Shown here: piece after piece, positions 36,024 to 49,200 of the stretch
Numbering within the stretch: position 1 is the stretch's first letter
Layout: each line of letters starts with the position of its first letter
Assembly (NCBI GenBank): GCA_965178125.1
Contig: OZ237762.1
Coordinates: forward strand, 496,001-560,000
DNA: 64,000 nt
Direction: 5' to 3'
DNA from: Bilabrum cf. latius
Taxonomy: Eukaryota
Position numbers and translations under genes: made by a program
The notes under the pieces: generated by a model
Databases searched by the model: none
Seen by the model: only the letters and a program-made list of their open reading frames with translations
Told to the model about the DNA's origin: nothing

Positions 36024-38135
36024 TCACTGATTCGGCTCAAGCACAACGAGGACGATACCGCTCAGCCCGAGCACCCGCTCAATCACTGGAAGACCGCCCT
36101 CCAGCATCACCACCTGCTCCTTGCTGAGTCGGTCGATGAGGAAAAGCGGGGACACCGGCACAAGGTATTCCTACATGTCTGTAGCGTGCTGATGCGGTGC
36201 CTCACGCTGTGCTGCCCTACGCGCCTTTGGAGGGGTGGCGTCGAGCTCGCCTCGAAAAAGACCTGCAGCCTACGTGTCTCCTCGGCCATCTGTGCTCGAT
36301 GGGTGGCTTATTCGTCCAAACTGGCCACATTGAGTTGTATTCCTATCGATGTGGTGCTTTGACCATGCATTGGACGAACCTTGGCCAGCCTCGCTGTCTG
36401 TTGCAGGCTATGCTCGCCCAGGAGCACCTGCTCCACTGAGAGCTCGTTCGACACCGGTGCGTCCAAATTGCGGTGCTCTCGACCCACTGAGAGCTCCATG
36501 AGCACTGGCTGAATCTGTCCCATCGTTGTCCTGGTGTGGCTCCCCGGCAGCGGCACCAGGCTTGCCGGAAGCGAGCTCGCAGAAGCAAGTGCCACGCTGC
36601 TCCACTGGCAGAGCGTGGAACCGGTCTGACGTCACGGTGACACGTTTCACCGGTCGCATGTTTCTTTCCGAGCAAATTTCTCGGAGAGATGGCTCGGCTG
36701 CCTTTACTTGCTCGCATGATTGCTCGGGGCATGGATCGCTTTTGGAGTGCGGCCTCTTCCTCATCCTCGCAGCCGAGCCTCCAAGCGCACGCAGCTCGTT
36801 CGAAATCGCAGGCTCGGATTCTTCGGAAGGCGAGCGATGCATCACCTCGAGACTACCGCCTGAGAAACTCCTGAGGCGAGCACCGGCAGTTGTCCTGCTC
36901 GCGGCTTTGCTCGGCGTTGCTTCATCACCGCACGCTGCCGGCCGGGCACTGCCAGCGCCTGCCGGTGCCGACGCTGATTGCTGCATCGACTGCGGCATGG
37001 GGACCAGCTGCCTGGCCTGTATCCCGCTCTCATCTAGAGCTCCGGATGATCGCCTGCGAAGGGTGCCAGGGTGGCATAGCAGTGCTTTGAGCTGCAGCTT
37101 GGCTGACGCGCGCAGCCAGTGCCGAGGCCGGGAGTTTCTGCGGGCAGGCGGGCTGACGCTGGCAGCATCAGCCGAGCGTTCTGAAAGATGCCTACTCGCC
37201 CCTGTTCGATCAAAGGGTGGCGACTCTGGCCTGCGAGCAGTCCCGTCTTGTTCTGATGTATTGCTGGCCGAGCGCACCTTGCGTTGCGAAGCAGCTTTGC
37301 CATCGGCAGCACTGATTGCCTCAGCCGCCGGCGATGGCGCCATCGGCTTTGCCGCTCGGCCCCAAGCCCTGCTCTCGATTGCTCCATGGATTTCGCGGCC
37401 TGAAGGAGCAGAGCAGGTCACGCCATCTTCGCTTACTGCAGAGAATGCAGAAGTAGAATCTGGCATGGGGCTCCTCGGTGAAGCGGAGCATCGGCTTGGC
37501 TCTCGTCGCGACCTTGAGCTGCCAGCCACAGAGCTTGCGAGCGATCCTCCCGTTGAGAGTTGCTGAAGTGGTTCGACTGCGCCCCCAGTTCTAGCGTGGG
37601 CACCGCCTGCTCGCGTCTATCCTGAGTATTTAGAAAAAGTAGACGCCTGGGCAGCAGGCATGTCTTGATATGGGCGACAGGAATCCTGCTGGCTCTTGGT
37701 GTCAACGCTTCCTGGCTTGCGTGCGCAATCGGTCGTTGCTGAATACCGCGTCGTCGCCGCCACCGGCTGGTGTACCAGAAGGTGCCAGGTGTAGTAATCC
37801 AATGAGCCGGAATACCCATGAACACAGATTTGAGCGTTGAGTGCACGCTCGCGGGTAGAGGTACGCGGCTTCTATCCAGCCGAGCCATTGGTGTCTTTGC
37901 TCGCCAAGCGCGACCATGCAGCGCGATTCAGATGCGATCTGAGCCAGTCTTGAAGGACGTTTTTCTCCGGTATAGATGGCTGGAAGAAAATGTTGCTTCT
38001 CTTTGTCCGCCGTGCAGCGATCACGACTGCGTGTAGGAAAGACTTCTTGCGAGCTCGGACGGGCCCAGCTGCCAATGGTTGCTTCGGCTTGCTATCCTCC
38101 GAGCGAGAATCACGTCGACGATGGGATACGTCCAT
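36024..38135 (-). CDS. Unknown family member 7 (703 aa)
   Basis: VVIAARRTKRSNIFFQPSIPEKNVLQDWLRSHLN, ICVHGYSGSLDYYTW, and VSPLFLIDRLSKEQVVMLEGGLPVIERVLGLSGIVLVVL. TAG-only interruptions. Ends in TGA. Confidence 0.8.
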
Positions 38136-38524
38136 GTTCTTGTTCGAGTGGTTTTCAGAAATGCGCCAACACAATTTGTTAGAGTCCGTATCAGTGGCTA
38201 GTTTGGCTGCCGATCTAGTTGCCGACCGGCGACTATATAATGTGCGGCTGTACCAGGTCTCTTCGTTGTCGCAGCGGAACACAGCAAGTTGGTATCAGAT
38301 AAATCCCGAGAACACCGACCTGCTTGCAATGAGTAATGTCAAAGTGAGCTTTGCCCATCTATTCCTGTTGTGGGTGCCGATTGCTGCTGCAGCACCCGGA
38401 ACAGTGGCAGTTCAATCACTTGTCAATAAACAAACAAGCAGCCACTGCTGCTGTCATGTAAACACTGACCTTTGCTAAATAGAGGTGGGCAAACGTGCAA
38501 ATATAGCCGCGGGAGTTGCCGTCA

Positions 38525-40615
38525 TCACGATTCTGGCAGCGACGACACGGTCACCAGCACGAGACCCACCAAACCAAGGACTTCTTCTAATGTCTCGATG
38601 GATTCCGGGGCATTGATCCGGTCAAGCTGCGATGCATCAAGACCACTGACGTAGAAGAGCGGGGACACGGGCAGCTCGAGCGTGTCAGGCTCGTCGACTC
38701 CGCGCGAGCCTCCCTGGCTGCCCAAGTACCTGGCAGCAGGAAGCAGCTGAGCATGGGCCGCTGGCATGCGCCCCGATGTGTGGGACCTGGGACGCCAGCG
38801 CGGAATGCGCTTCTCATGCGATGCGGCTCCTGTTTCGAATCGGGGAGCACAGTCCGGGCTGGACAGTGCTCGCCTCGCCCTCATTGGCTTGCCCCCCATG
38901 GTCACGCCGAGCACGCGAGCAACTGCACCGGCCCCAGCCGCCGCTGCTGCTTCTGGCAGATTGATGAGCTCCTACCAACCCGGTTCTCTGGAAGCACTCG
39001 ATTTCAAAATGGAAGATCTGACCTTGTCCTCGCTGGCATTCGTGGGGGTCCCGCTGGCCCCACATGTTGCCGAAGCTGCCACGCCACACTCATCAGCCTG
39101 AACAAACAAGGACGGGAGAGCACCCGTCACCTGCGGCGGGTCCCCATGCATCGGCGAGGACGACAATGTTTTCGAGACGTGCACTAAATCGTCCACTGGA
39201 GTGCTTGATGCTCGCAGCACGCAGGCAGCAGCAGGTTGTGCATCACTGCTGCCGCCTTTGCAGGACCCTGAGATGCGCCCCGCCTCGTTCGTAGTCGCCA
39301 TCATCATCGTTGTCTAGCTAGCCACAGGGCCAGGAGGGGAGCCCTTGCCGCCAGCTCTACCGGTGATGCTGCTGCTCGAGGATGAGCATGCCGGCCTTGA
39401 GCACTTGCTCGCAGCTGAGGACGACTTGCCAGTGGTGCTCGCCCTTGTCTCGCCAGCACCTGGAGGTAAAGTTGTAGTGCTGCTTCGCTGTTGGTTGCGT
39501 TCGCCATGCTGGATGCCTACTCCTGTGGCTGCACTGCATTGCACGGTTTCGTCACCTTGGCCCTCTCGTCGGCTCGCTAGACCAGCCTGGTCAGGAGCAA
39601 TCGTAAGCGCTGCCAGCACCAGGGGTGTGCCCGGCTTCACCCATACCTGCTCGCCTGACGCGGTCCTCGCCATAGCTGCAGCGGATCCTGCAGCGGGTGT
39701 GATTGCCGGCCTCAGAGGGGAGGACTCCTGCCCTGCAGACCCTGACGCGAGCCGTGCTTCGGAGATACTGGCATTTTCTGCGGCGGCATGCATACTACTG
39801 ACGACCTCTGCTGCGCCAGTGTGCCGATATTCCGCATCGTCCTGCAGCTAGACTTGGTGTGGCTGGTCGGTTCGTGCAGATACCTTCGTAGAGGACCTGC
39901 TTCCACTCGGTTGGGTCGATTTGGATTCGTGCAGAGAAGGTTGGCATTCTCCGCTCCCTTGTATTGTTTTATTGGGAGGCCGCCATCTAGACCAGAGACT
40001 GCCTCTCGCCGAATCCGAAACGGTCGCCGATCTCTCCAAGCGAACAGTCGCAGACTGCATGCAGCTCTCTAAAAGCATTGATCCAGGCACAATATCAGCT
40101 TTAGTGGAGGCCGCTTCCTATAAATACGCTGCAGATCCCCCAAAGCGCCGTCTGCAGCGCTCGCGGGAGACAGCCTATCGGCGATCGCCGGCGCTAGCGA
40201 CAAAGTTTGATTGCCAGACCCTAGACGGGTCCATGCCGCGGCACTGCTTCGCATCGTCGAGGTGAAGGACCCATGGCTTTGAATCTACAGTCGTTGAGTA
40301 GGAGTGCGCTCGTACTCGATTCACGACCTGTGGTGCGGCGTCTGCAGGCTCGATTGTTCCCGATCTATGTGATGTTCTAGCAGCTTTGCTGGACTATCGA
40401 GCTTCGGGCTCTCGCCCAGCACCGTCCTAGTCCAGGGCATTGTGACGTTGTAGCAATATGTTTACTCTCAGCCACTCTTCTAACGCCTTGGAGTCGGCGG
40501 GAGACGGCTGAAAGAAGCACGTGCTCCGCATTGTTCGGCTGGCTGCAAGCACGATGGATCGTGCAGGGTCCCTCATAATGTCGTCCGTTTCCAGCTAAGC
40601 AGCAGATTCTCCCAT
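38525..40615 (-). CDS. Unknown family member 8
   Basis: IVLAASRTMRSTCFFQPSPADSKALEEWLRVNI, VRAHSYSTTVDSKPWVLHLDD, and VSPLFYVSGLDASQLDRI...LEEVLGLVGLVLVTV. Ends in TGA. Confidence 0.8.
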
Positions 40616-40822
40616 ACCGGACCGGTTGATTTTCATCACTTTTACGTGCTTGTTTGTCTGAAGTGCTCAGTTTAGTCGTGAGTGCGTCCGTACGCAAGGC
40701 CCATGGGTCACACCTAGTCACACACAGTGTGACGACTAGAAGTTTATTGCCGAAGGTTACTATGAATTTACGAGCTAGTTGTAGCTGCAGCCTTTTTATA
40801 ATTCTTCACAATGTGCGGAACG

Positions 40823-42838
40823 TCAAGCCACGGGCAGCGACGACACGGTCACCAGCACGAGACCCACCAAACCAAGGACTTCTTCCAATGCCTCGATGGA
40901 TTCCGGGGCATTGATCTGGTCAAGCTGCGATGCATCAAGGCCACTGACGTAGAAGAGCGGGGACACGGGCAGCTCGAGCATGTCATTCCCGTCGACTCCA
41001 GGGGAGCTTCCCTGGCTGCCCAAGTACCTGGCGGAAGGAAGCAACTGGGCGTGGGCCGCTGGCATGCGCCCCGATGTGTGGGACCTGGGACGCCAGCGCG
41101 GAATGCGCTTCTCATGCGATGCAGCTCCTGTGTCGCACCGGGGAGCACAGTCCGGGCTGGACAGTGCTCGCCTCGCCCTCATTGGCTTGCCCCCCATGGT
41201 CACGCCGAGCACGCGAGCAACTGCACCGGCCCCAGCCGCCGCTGCTTCTTCTGGCAGATTGACAAGCCCTGGATGGTCCGCCGCATGGTCCGTCGAGTTG
41301 CTGCGCTTTGTGGGTGGTGAGCCGCACCCGCTGCGAGGTGGCGAGGTGCTCAGCAAGGCGCCCTCCTAGGCCACTTTCATGGGAGAGGACGGCAGCGCAT
41401 GCGACAGTTCGTCGCGCATTGGAGTGCTCGGCGCTTGCGGCTCGCGCGGCACACCCAGGGATGGAGGCATGCGCTCGGTTACAGAGCGACTATTCAAAGT
41501 GCACGAGCCACTAGGGACCCCGCCGCTGCCTCTGCCGATGCCGGTGCCGCTTCTACTGCTGCTGCTTGTGCTGGTGGTGACCGAGCACGCCGACATCGAG
41601 CTCTTGCTCGAGTCTAAAGCAGTCGCTTCGCTTGCTTCTCGTACTACTCCAGTGCAGTGTTTTGCCGCTTCTGTAGGGGCACCGCATTGCTATGCACTAT
41701 CGTCACGGCCGAATGATCTTGTGCCTGCACTATGCTACTCAGGCGCAATGCCAGTGGAGAGAGCCGTCAACACCAGGGGGGCCTGTGCCTGCGGCTTCAC
41801 CCAGACCGGGTCACCTGACTTGCTCCTGGCTGGAGCTCCCGCGGATTTTTCTGCTGTCCTCGTTGCAGTGGGAACGATCGCTGGCCGCAACGGCGAGGCT
41901 GAACCGCCAGCAGCAGCGGTACTGACCGTCCCAGCCGAGGGTACTTCTTGCGGCTCTCCGTCACAGTCATCGTCAGTCATATTAGCTACTGATAACGTGG
42001 GCCCCGGAGATTCAAGCGCTGCAGCACTCCCCCGATCCCAGGGCAACCCACCGTGGATCGCTCGTCCGCCTGCCCATGAACAGCCCTCCGCTCCGGCGGT
42101 GAGACCGCTGCGATAGGGAGAGCCAACCGCGCTTAGATTAGCTCTAGTATCTCCAAGCCTTCCAGGAGCGACTTCAGATACCCACTGCGATATGTCTTGC
42201 CTTTTGTCTTGCTCTGCCACAGATGACCAATCAGCGCGAACAGTCGGCGTGCTTCTGCGAGTGCTACTTTCTCCTCTTGCCATTGCCACGGCCTCCCTCT
42301 CCGTCACAGACGACCCCCGGTTTTGCACGCGTGTCGTATACTGCCCAGTGCGCCAGCGGCTGCGTTCGCGTACGGCAGTGTGGTAGCTGCCACCGCCGAT
42401 GACGTGATCCTCTAGACCACTTCGTCTGCTCGAGGCAGCACTGCGGTACTCCCTCGAATCGTCAAGATGCAAAATCCATGGCTTCGAATCAATTGCTGTA
42501 GAGTACGAGTGAACCAGTATGCTACATTTCTTTTTCTGCAGGACGGCTGCACCACTGACTGTTCCTGATCCAATGGTTCTACCGGGTGAGCGAGCCGATT
42601 GCGCAGCACGTCCAGGCATGACGCTGCCGCTGACCAGCAAAGAACTTGCCTGCGGCAGTATGTGAACCCTTAACCACTCCTAGAACGCCCTAGAATCGTC
42701 AGGCGAGGGTTGGAAGAAGCAAGTGCTCCTCAGTGTTCGGCTTGCGGCCAGAACGATTGAGATTGTACAGCCTGCCATGCCGTTTCCCGTCTAAAGCTGT
42801 GCTGCAGATTCCTCATGCTCACATCTAACATGTACCAT
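40823..42838 (-). CDS. Unknown family member 9 (tandem paralog of member 8; alternative ATG at 42778)
   Basis: IVLAASRTLRSTCFFQPSPDDSRAF*EWLRVHI and LVHSYSTAIDSKPWILHLDD. The 3' ~430 bp are nearly identical to member 8. Ends in TGA. Confidence 0.8.
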
Positions 42839-42954
42839 ACTAGCAATTCGTGGCTTTTGGCAGCTTTTTACAACTTGTGTGGGTGTGTGACAAGGGGAAG
42901 ACCCGCGCATTCCGTCCGCGACACATCGCCGAACCTTCGTTCTCTCTCTCTCTC

Positions 42955-43926
42955 GGCACCCCCGGGGTGGTTTGCCCCACGGGGTGGTCGTTGCAGTTGG
43001 GTAGTGTGTGCTTTGATACAGATATATCTATTCTCTCTCGGCATCGCGAACGGTTCGACCTGCCCAGCGCGATTGCCTCTTGGGGTGGTCGTTGTAGTTG
43101 GGTAGTGTGTGCTTTGACTCAGACATATTATATTCTCTCTCGGCATCGCGAACGGGTAGTGTGTGCTTTGACTCAGACATATTATATTCTCTCTCGGCAT
43201 CGCGAACGCAGATGGACCGCAAGCAGCGCAACTCCCCCACGGAGGAGCGGCCCAGCTTGCGGAGCCCATGGCGTGAGCTTGCTGATCCGTTCGACCTGCC
43301 CAGTGCGATTGCCTCTTGGGGTGGTCGTTGTAGTTGGGTAGTGTGTGCTTTGACTCAGACATATTATATTTTCTCTCTCTCGCACCTGCCTTAACGCTTG
43401 TGAGCTGCTGAAGCAGAGGGAGGCAACCGGCGCACAGGGAGCGGCCGCAGCAGGAGCTGGTGGTCAGGTGGGAGAGCTGGCAGCGGGAGTTGCGCAGCTA
43501 GGAGTGGCACTACAGCAGGCTGGTGGAGCTGGTGGTGCGTAGGGTTTGGATGCAGCTGGAGCGCCAGCTGTGCCCGCAGTACCTGCTGCAGCTGCAGTAG
43601 GAGCTGAGGGTGCAGCACCGGACGAGGCGGCTGATTCGAACGCAATCGAACACGAAGGCATCGCGAACGCAGATGGACCGCAAGCAGCGCAACTCCCCCA
43701 CGGAGGAGCGGCCCAGCTTGCGGAGCCCATGGCGTGAGCTTGCTGATCCGTTCGACCTGCCCAGTGCGATTGCCTCTTGGGGTGGTCGTTGTAGTTGGGT
43801 AGTGTGTGCTTTGACTCAGACATATTATATTCTCTCTCTCGCACCTGCCCAGTGCGATTGCCTCTTGGGGTGGTCGTTGTAGTTGGGTAGTGTGTGCTTT
43901 GACTCAGACATATTATATTCTCTCTC
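42955..43926 (+). repeat. Head-to-tail stack of six 3'-coterminal repeat units of different lengths at a (TC)n tract
   Basis: Each unit ends gggtagtgtgtgctttga(c/ta)...tat(t)tctctctc (ends at about 43038, 43141, 43195, 43381, 43840, 43926). Units range from ~55 to ~460 bp and share nested 5' parts. Confidence 0.85.
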
Positions 43927-44180
43927 GCACTCCTCCGCATCGCTACGTCGCATCTGAGCCTGCTCCTTGAGCGGGTCCTGCGCCCACCGAGCGACCTCAA
44001 TCTCAGAGACCTTGCTGGCCTCACCAACAAGGATCCATCAGATCCATTTTTAGCACAAGAAGATGGCTGAATTTTGGTCGGAATCGTTTCGACGCTACAT
44101 TTGGACAACTGTACTGGAACCCTCAAGTATTGAGAAACATCTGCTTTCTCCGTTGCTAGTTCTGGAAGGTGCAATGGTAA

Positions 44181-45854
44181 TCAACTCGGCCAAACATCTG
44201 CACCTACTAGAATCAGAACTAGGCCGGCGATGCCCAGCACCTCTTCCATCACAGCCATTCCATTCTCGAGCATGTCAATCTGAAGTGGGTGCAGGTTATC
44301 CAACAGGAAGAGCGGGGACACAATCGCTACCTTCCGTGTTTTCCCACGTCTGTGTGTCGTTGCATCGACCACAGCAGGGCCCGTGCTCTGGCTTCTACGA
44401 GCTCTGTCAGTTCCGTCCGGTTCTAAGCTTTGCTCTAGGGAAGAACGCTTCATGCCTGCGGTGCTATCTCTTGTTCCTGCTCTCCGATGCGAAGACAGAC
44501 GCGAGATTGTGGCATCCTCTGACTGGCACCGCCATCGAGGCCCCGGCCTGGCAGAACGGGCGCCCAACTTGTTTCTGTCGAACAATTTGATCGGAGAACA
44601 TGCCACGATGCCCTTGATCTCAGCTCGGAGCACATTTCGTCGCTATGCCAGCATGTCTCCGCTTTGCCCCGCGGCTGCTTCGTATGCAGCCGACAGGCTG
44701 CTGCCTTCGTTGGAGGATTCTTCTGCTGCAGTTGTCCTGCCAAATTCGCTGTCGTGACATCGCTACGAGCGGACTTGTGCCGCACCGGCCCCTGTGCGAT
44801 CGGTTCCCACGCACGGCGACGGTTCTTGCCTGTAAATAGAGGAGGTCCACGACACTGGCAGCTCAATCGTACGCCCTGAGGCCGCTCTCCAGGAAATATG
44901 CTCGCGCAAATGGTCTCGGCTGGGCCTGCGGCTCTTAGTACTTGGTCCCGGCGGAGTGCCCGCGCCGTGCTTGGCTCGTTCACGTTCCGCAGCCTGAGGG
45001 CTCGTCGCTTGTCCTTGTCTGACTGGCTTGCTACCTGCGCCTGCTTCATTTTCTAGGCCTGTATGACTAGAAAGTCGCGTTTCACCATCACTGCCTGTCT
45101 CTGCGTCTGTTGCGGCCGCTGTGCGCGGCGCAGCCGGAGCTTTGCTATGTGGAGTGGCATCGTCAGTCGCCTCTGATTTGGGCAACGAAGCACCCGATCC
45201 GCCGGTTCCTGGCTCAGAGAGCACATCGCGCACTAGACCTTCATGCATGTGCCCTGCTACTGTTGCTCGGGGCGCATGGGCACTCTCAAACGTAGATTGT
45301 CCCGGGTCACCAGCTGCAGCATCAAGCGAACCTTGCTATGGAGCGGCCAGCCCAGTAACAAATCCATGGACCCAACTCGGACTACTTCCAACATGTGAGA
45401 TATCACCAATGACAGATCGAGTCCTTGACGCGTCTACAAGTGTTGTAGCAGCGGCATATGACCCCAGCCGCTTCTCAGGGTCCGTTCGCTCCTTTGGTGT
45501 ACGCAGCCCTGACGGTGGCCTTCTAGGCCCCAAGCCAGCTGTTTCTTGAACAGAAAATTCATGTTCAACGGGAATCTTCTGCGTGCTCTTGTCTATAGGC
45601 GCCAAGTACGGGTAAACTCGCATCGATACCCAATCGCCGGCCTGTCCCACACGGTGCTCCTCTTGTGCTGCTTCAGGCCCAGCAGGCGGGGTGGTTCCAA
45701 TCAAGGATGGCCACCTACGCGGATTCAAGTTGCGGTGCAACCACTCTTGCAAGACATGTGTATCATCGCGTCCTGGCCGGAAAAAGCATTTGGAGGCATC
45801 CGATCGGCTGGCCGCGAGAATTGCCACTCTTCCAACCTTGGATGGCCCCACCAT
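44181..45854 (-). CDS. Unknown family member 10
   Basis: AILAASRSDASKCFFRPGRDDTHVLQEWLHRNLN, MRVYPYLAPIDKS, and VSPLFLLDNLHPLQIDMLENGMAVMEEVLGIAGLVLILV. TAG-only interruptions. Ends in TGA. Confidence 0.8.
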
Positions 45855-46215
45855 GATCCCTGATCGATTCAGATGGGCTAATCTACTTACTAAAGGCTCG
45901 ATTGACTCAAATGAAGTCAAATACAAATGCGAAAATAGACTTTGACTCGCAAGGATGAGATGTGGGCCACTGTCGCGTGCGCGATTAGCTGTAGATCTGT
46001 CGTCTCTGTAAGATGGCCTAATTCTGACAAATGCAGTTTGCAAATACGACGTAGAAATATATGTTTAGATGCGAGTCTGTCCTACCTGGCCGTAGTTATT
46101 GTCCACTTCGGCATCGCACCATTGGTTGTGGTTCCGTTTGGTCGCAATGCCGGTTCCGCTTCCGGGGGTGGGCTCAAAATCATTCAACGATATTACACAA
46201 GCAAACACATTCAAG

Positions 46216-49200
46216 TCAGCCCTGCGCTTCAGCTGGAAACTGGAACTGCGGTCCCTGGTTCCGCGCTCGTGCAGACATGGGATTTTCGGGGAGGTTGCCT
46301 CGGGTCGATTCGAGCGGTGGCATGGCACCGGACTGCATCATTGCTTGCAGCCTCTGCATCTCCGGCGCCACGAGGTGGGTGGGAGTAGAACCGCCTCCAC
46401 CGAATCCAGCGGTCACCGCGGGCCGCTGCTGCTGCACTTGCAAAGCGGTGTGATGCTGCACTGAGTGGGGAGGCGGGCCACCGGCCGGCGGGCGGGGCTA
46501 GCGGTCACCCTGCGGCTGCTGGTAGGCCGCAGCCTGTGCCTGCGGGTTGGCCTGCCAGTATCGATCGCTAGCAGCGTACTGCTGCTGCCTCTGTTGCTGC
46601 TAGTACGCAGATCCGTATGCGCCTCCCATGATGCCACGGCCTGGGAGCGGGGCAGCGCTGTCATCCTGATAGTAGGCCTGGCTGTCAATGTGCTGCACGC
46701 CAGACTACCCTCTCGCATGCATCACATTCTGCTGCTACATTTGCTGCTGTCGCAACGGATGACCGGGCGGAAGCTGACCGGCCCCAGACTGCTGCAGAGC
46801 CACGGCACCGGACAAGCGAGCACTACCACCGTACCCAATCCTGCCCTGCCCATGCACAGCTGGGCGCGCCACGGGCACGTCAAAGCCCTGCCCGTGCGCG
46901 ATTCTCTGGTTGAAGTGCATGCCCATGGACTGGCCTTCCTCCTCCATCTCAAGCTTCCTCGTTGTACTGAGGCTGATCCGCCGCTTGAGCCCCTTTGGCA
47001 CGTGGCTGGCGAAACCAAACAGCCTAGAATAGTGGATCGAGTCGTGCAGGTCGAACGAATGCAGCCCGCTCATGATCCGCTGGCTGAACTTCTTGAAGTC
47101 TCCTTCAAGGTCACGGTCGTTGATAGAGAGACCTTCCTCCATCAGGAGCCTGGCTGCCAGCTCCATCTGAGCGTTGGCGGCCTGCTGGGCCTGGTTCGCC
47201 AGACTGCCGGCCTGCTCTGCAGAATAGCCGTACCTCGCCCGCGCGATCTCAGATGGCCTGCGCGTGAGCGGTGGCGGGCGTCCTGACTTCTGGTCCCCTC
47301 CAGCAGCCGCATCGCCTCCACCACCCATCGCCATGGCCTGCATGCCCCCACCGCTCTCCTCATCATCGTCGTCGTCATCATCTCCGTCGGCAACCATGGT
47401 GATGTCTCCGTCCTCCTCCATCTGGCTGATCTCATCGCCCTAACCCCCCGCGCTGCCTCCGGTCAGGTTGCGCTTGCTGGCACGCAGCTGCGCTCTGCTG
47501 GCCTGCATCCACTTCTTCTGGGCCTTGTCCGCAATACCCTGCGCTTCACTCGCCTTCTGCAGGGCTTTTTGGATCTCCGCAAGGCGCTGTGCCTGCTATT
47601 GCTAGGCCTGGTGCATCTGCACCCGCCTCTGGTTCTCTTGGTGCACCTGTGCCTCTGTGGTGCGCGCCACCTGAGCCAACTGCCTCGCCTGCTGCGCCTG
47701 CTGATTCAGCTGCAACGAAGCCTGCTTGGCGTTTGCCAGCTATCTGAGAGCGTTCTGCCTGCGATCGTGCATCGCCCTCCTCTTCTGATACGCCTCCAGC
47801 ATCTTCCTCTTGGAGTAGGCGTCTTTGGCCGCCCTCATGTTGCGTGCCACTTCCATTAGCACCTCCGTGGGCAGCGCGTCCCAGTAGTTGGGCAGTGCGT
47901 GGTCTTCGTAAGTTGGAGGCGGTGCGCCGTCGCTTTGTTGCTGCGATGCAGCCTGCTCCGCCCTGGCTCTCGTCTCCTGGTCCCGCTGGTCGTAGCCAAA
48001 CTGCTCTGCCTCCTCCGATCGGTCTTTGGTGCACCCGCAAATCCACCTGCACAGCCTCCTCGTGTTGCTGTACACGATGTACTTGAAGGCCAGGAAGAAG
48101 AGCAGCAGGACCAGAATGAACACGAGGGGCAGGACGTGGGGCCGGCTCAGCCTGCCTGCCACGTCATATCCAATCACATCGAGGTCACCCACCGCGCTGT
48201 TGATAGCCAAGTTGACCTGCTCGGAGGCCTGGTCCCCGCCCACCTCGTCCACCGACCGGGTCACGGACTGCTGCTGCTCGATGACGTCAGAGGCCGGGAA
48301 AATCAGCGGGTTGCTCATCATCCAGATGCCCATGGTGAGGTGCAGCGCCGCAGCGAACGGCAGCAGCCTAGTGAAAGTGTGACTCAGTTGCGAATCGTAC
48401 GCCGGTGGGGTGGCATACACGTACGCGAACAGGAACTTATCCACCCAGTAGCACAGGAAAAAGCTCAGGAAGCAGATGGGGATAAGCAGAGGCATGCCCA
48501 CGCTGAATGCCGTGCACACGAAAAGGATGTTGAACATCTGCGCAAACCTCTCGTCCAGCAGCATCTGCGGACCCATCCAAAGCTGGTTGAGCTCTGACTG
48601 GGACAGCGTCTTGGTCAGGGTAGGGTCGCATGAGCAGCTCCTGTCGCTGCACCTCGCGTACTGGATCATCATGATGTCCACAAGAGGGGTGAGGTGGGGC
48701 ACGAAGATGTTCAGTGCCATGGTAACCACGATGGAGAGACCCACGCTAGTGTACCAAGACACGTCAAAGTCCTCGTGCTCACCCTGCCGCAGAAAGATGA
48801 AGCTCGTCTGGATCCGCGCATTGATCAAGATCACCAGAGCGGCCGTATTCAGGAACATAATGCCCCACAGCTTGATGGAGGAGCTGACCAGCTCCGCCGT
48901 GCGGGACCGTAACCTCTCTACCGACACGAGCGAGTGTAGCAGCAGCCGAAGCATCACGTTGGCACCCAGCACAACCAGCGCGCCACCGTACACCAGTCCC
49001 TGCACCGTAAAGTAGGTTTCGGCCCATCCGCGGCACAGCGTGTCCCGTCCGCTGAAGAGCCCGTTCTCGTTGGGCACGGAGAACTCCTCGTCCAGCACTG
49101 CCTGCGGGTTGTTGATGTCGAACTGCTCGAGGCAGTAGCACTCCAGCCTGCCGGTGTTCCCTGTGGTGAGGTTGAAGTCTCTCCAGAAGACGTCCCTCAC

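Noticed and set aside
42955-43926. CRISPR-like array or intact Ngaro/DIRS element
   Set aside because: The intervening sequences are nested copies of each other rather than unique spacers, and no RT or tyrosine recombinase ORF is adjacent.
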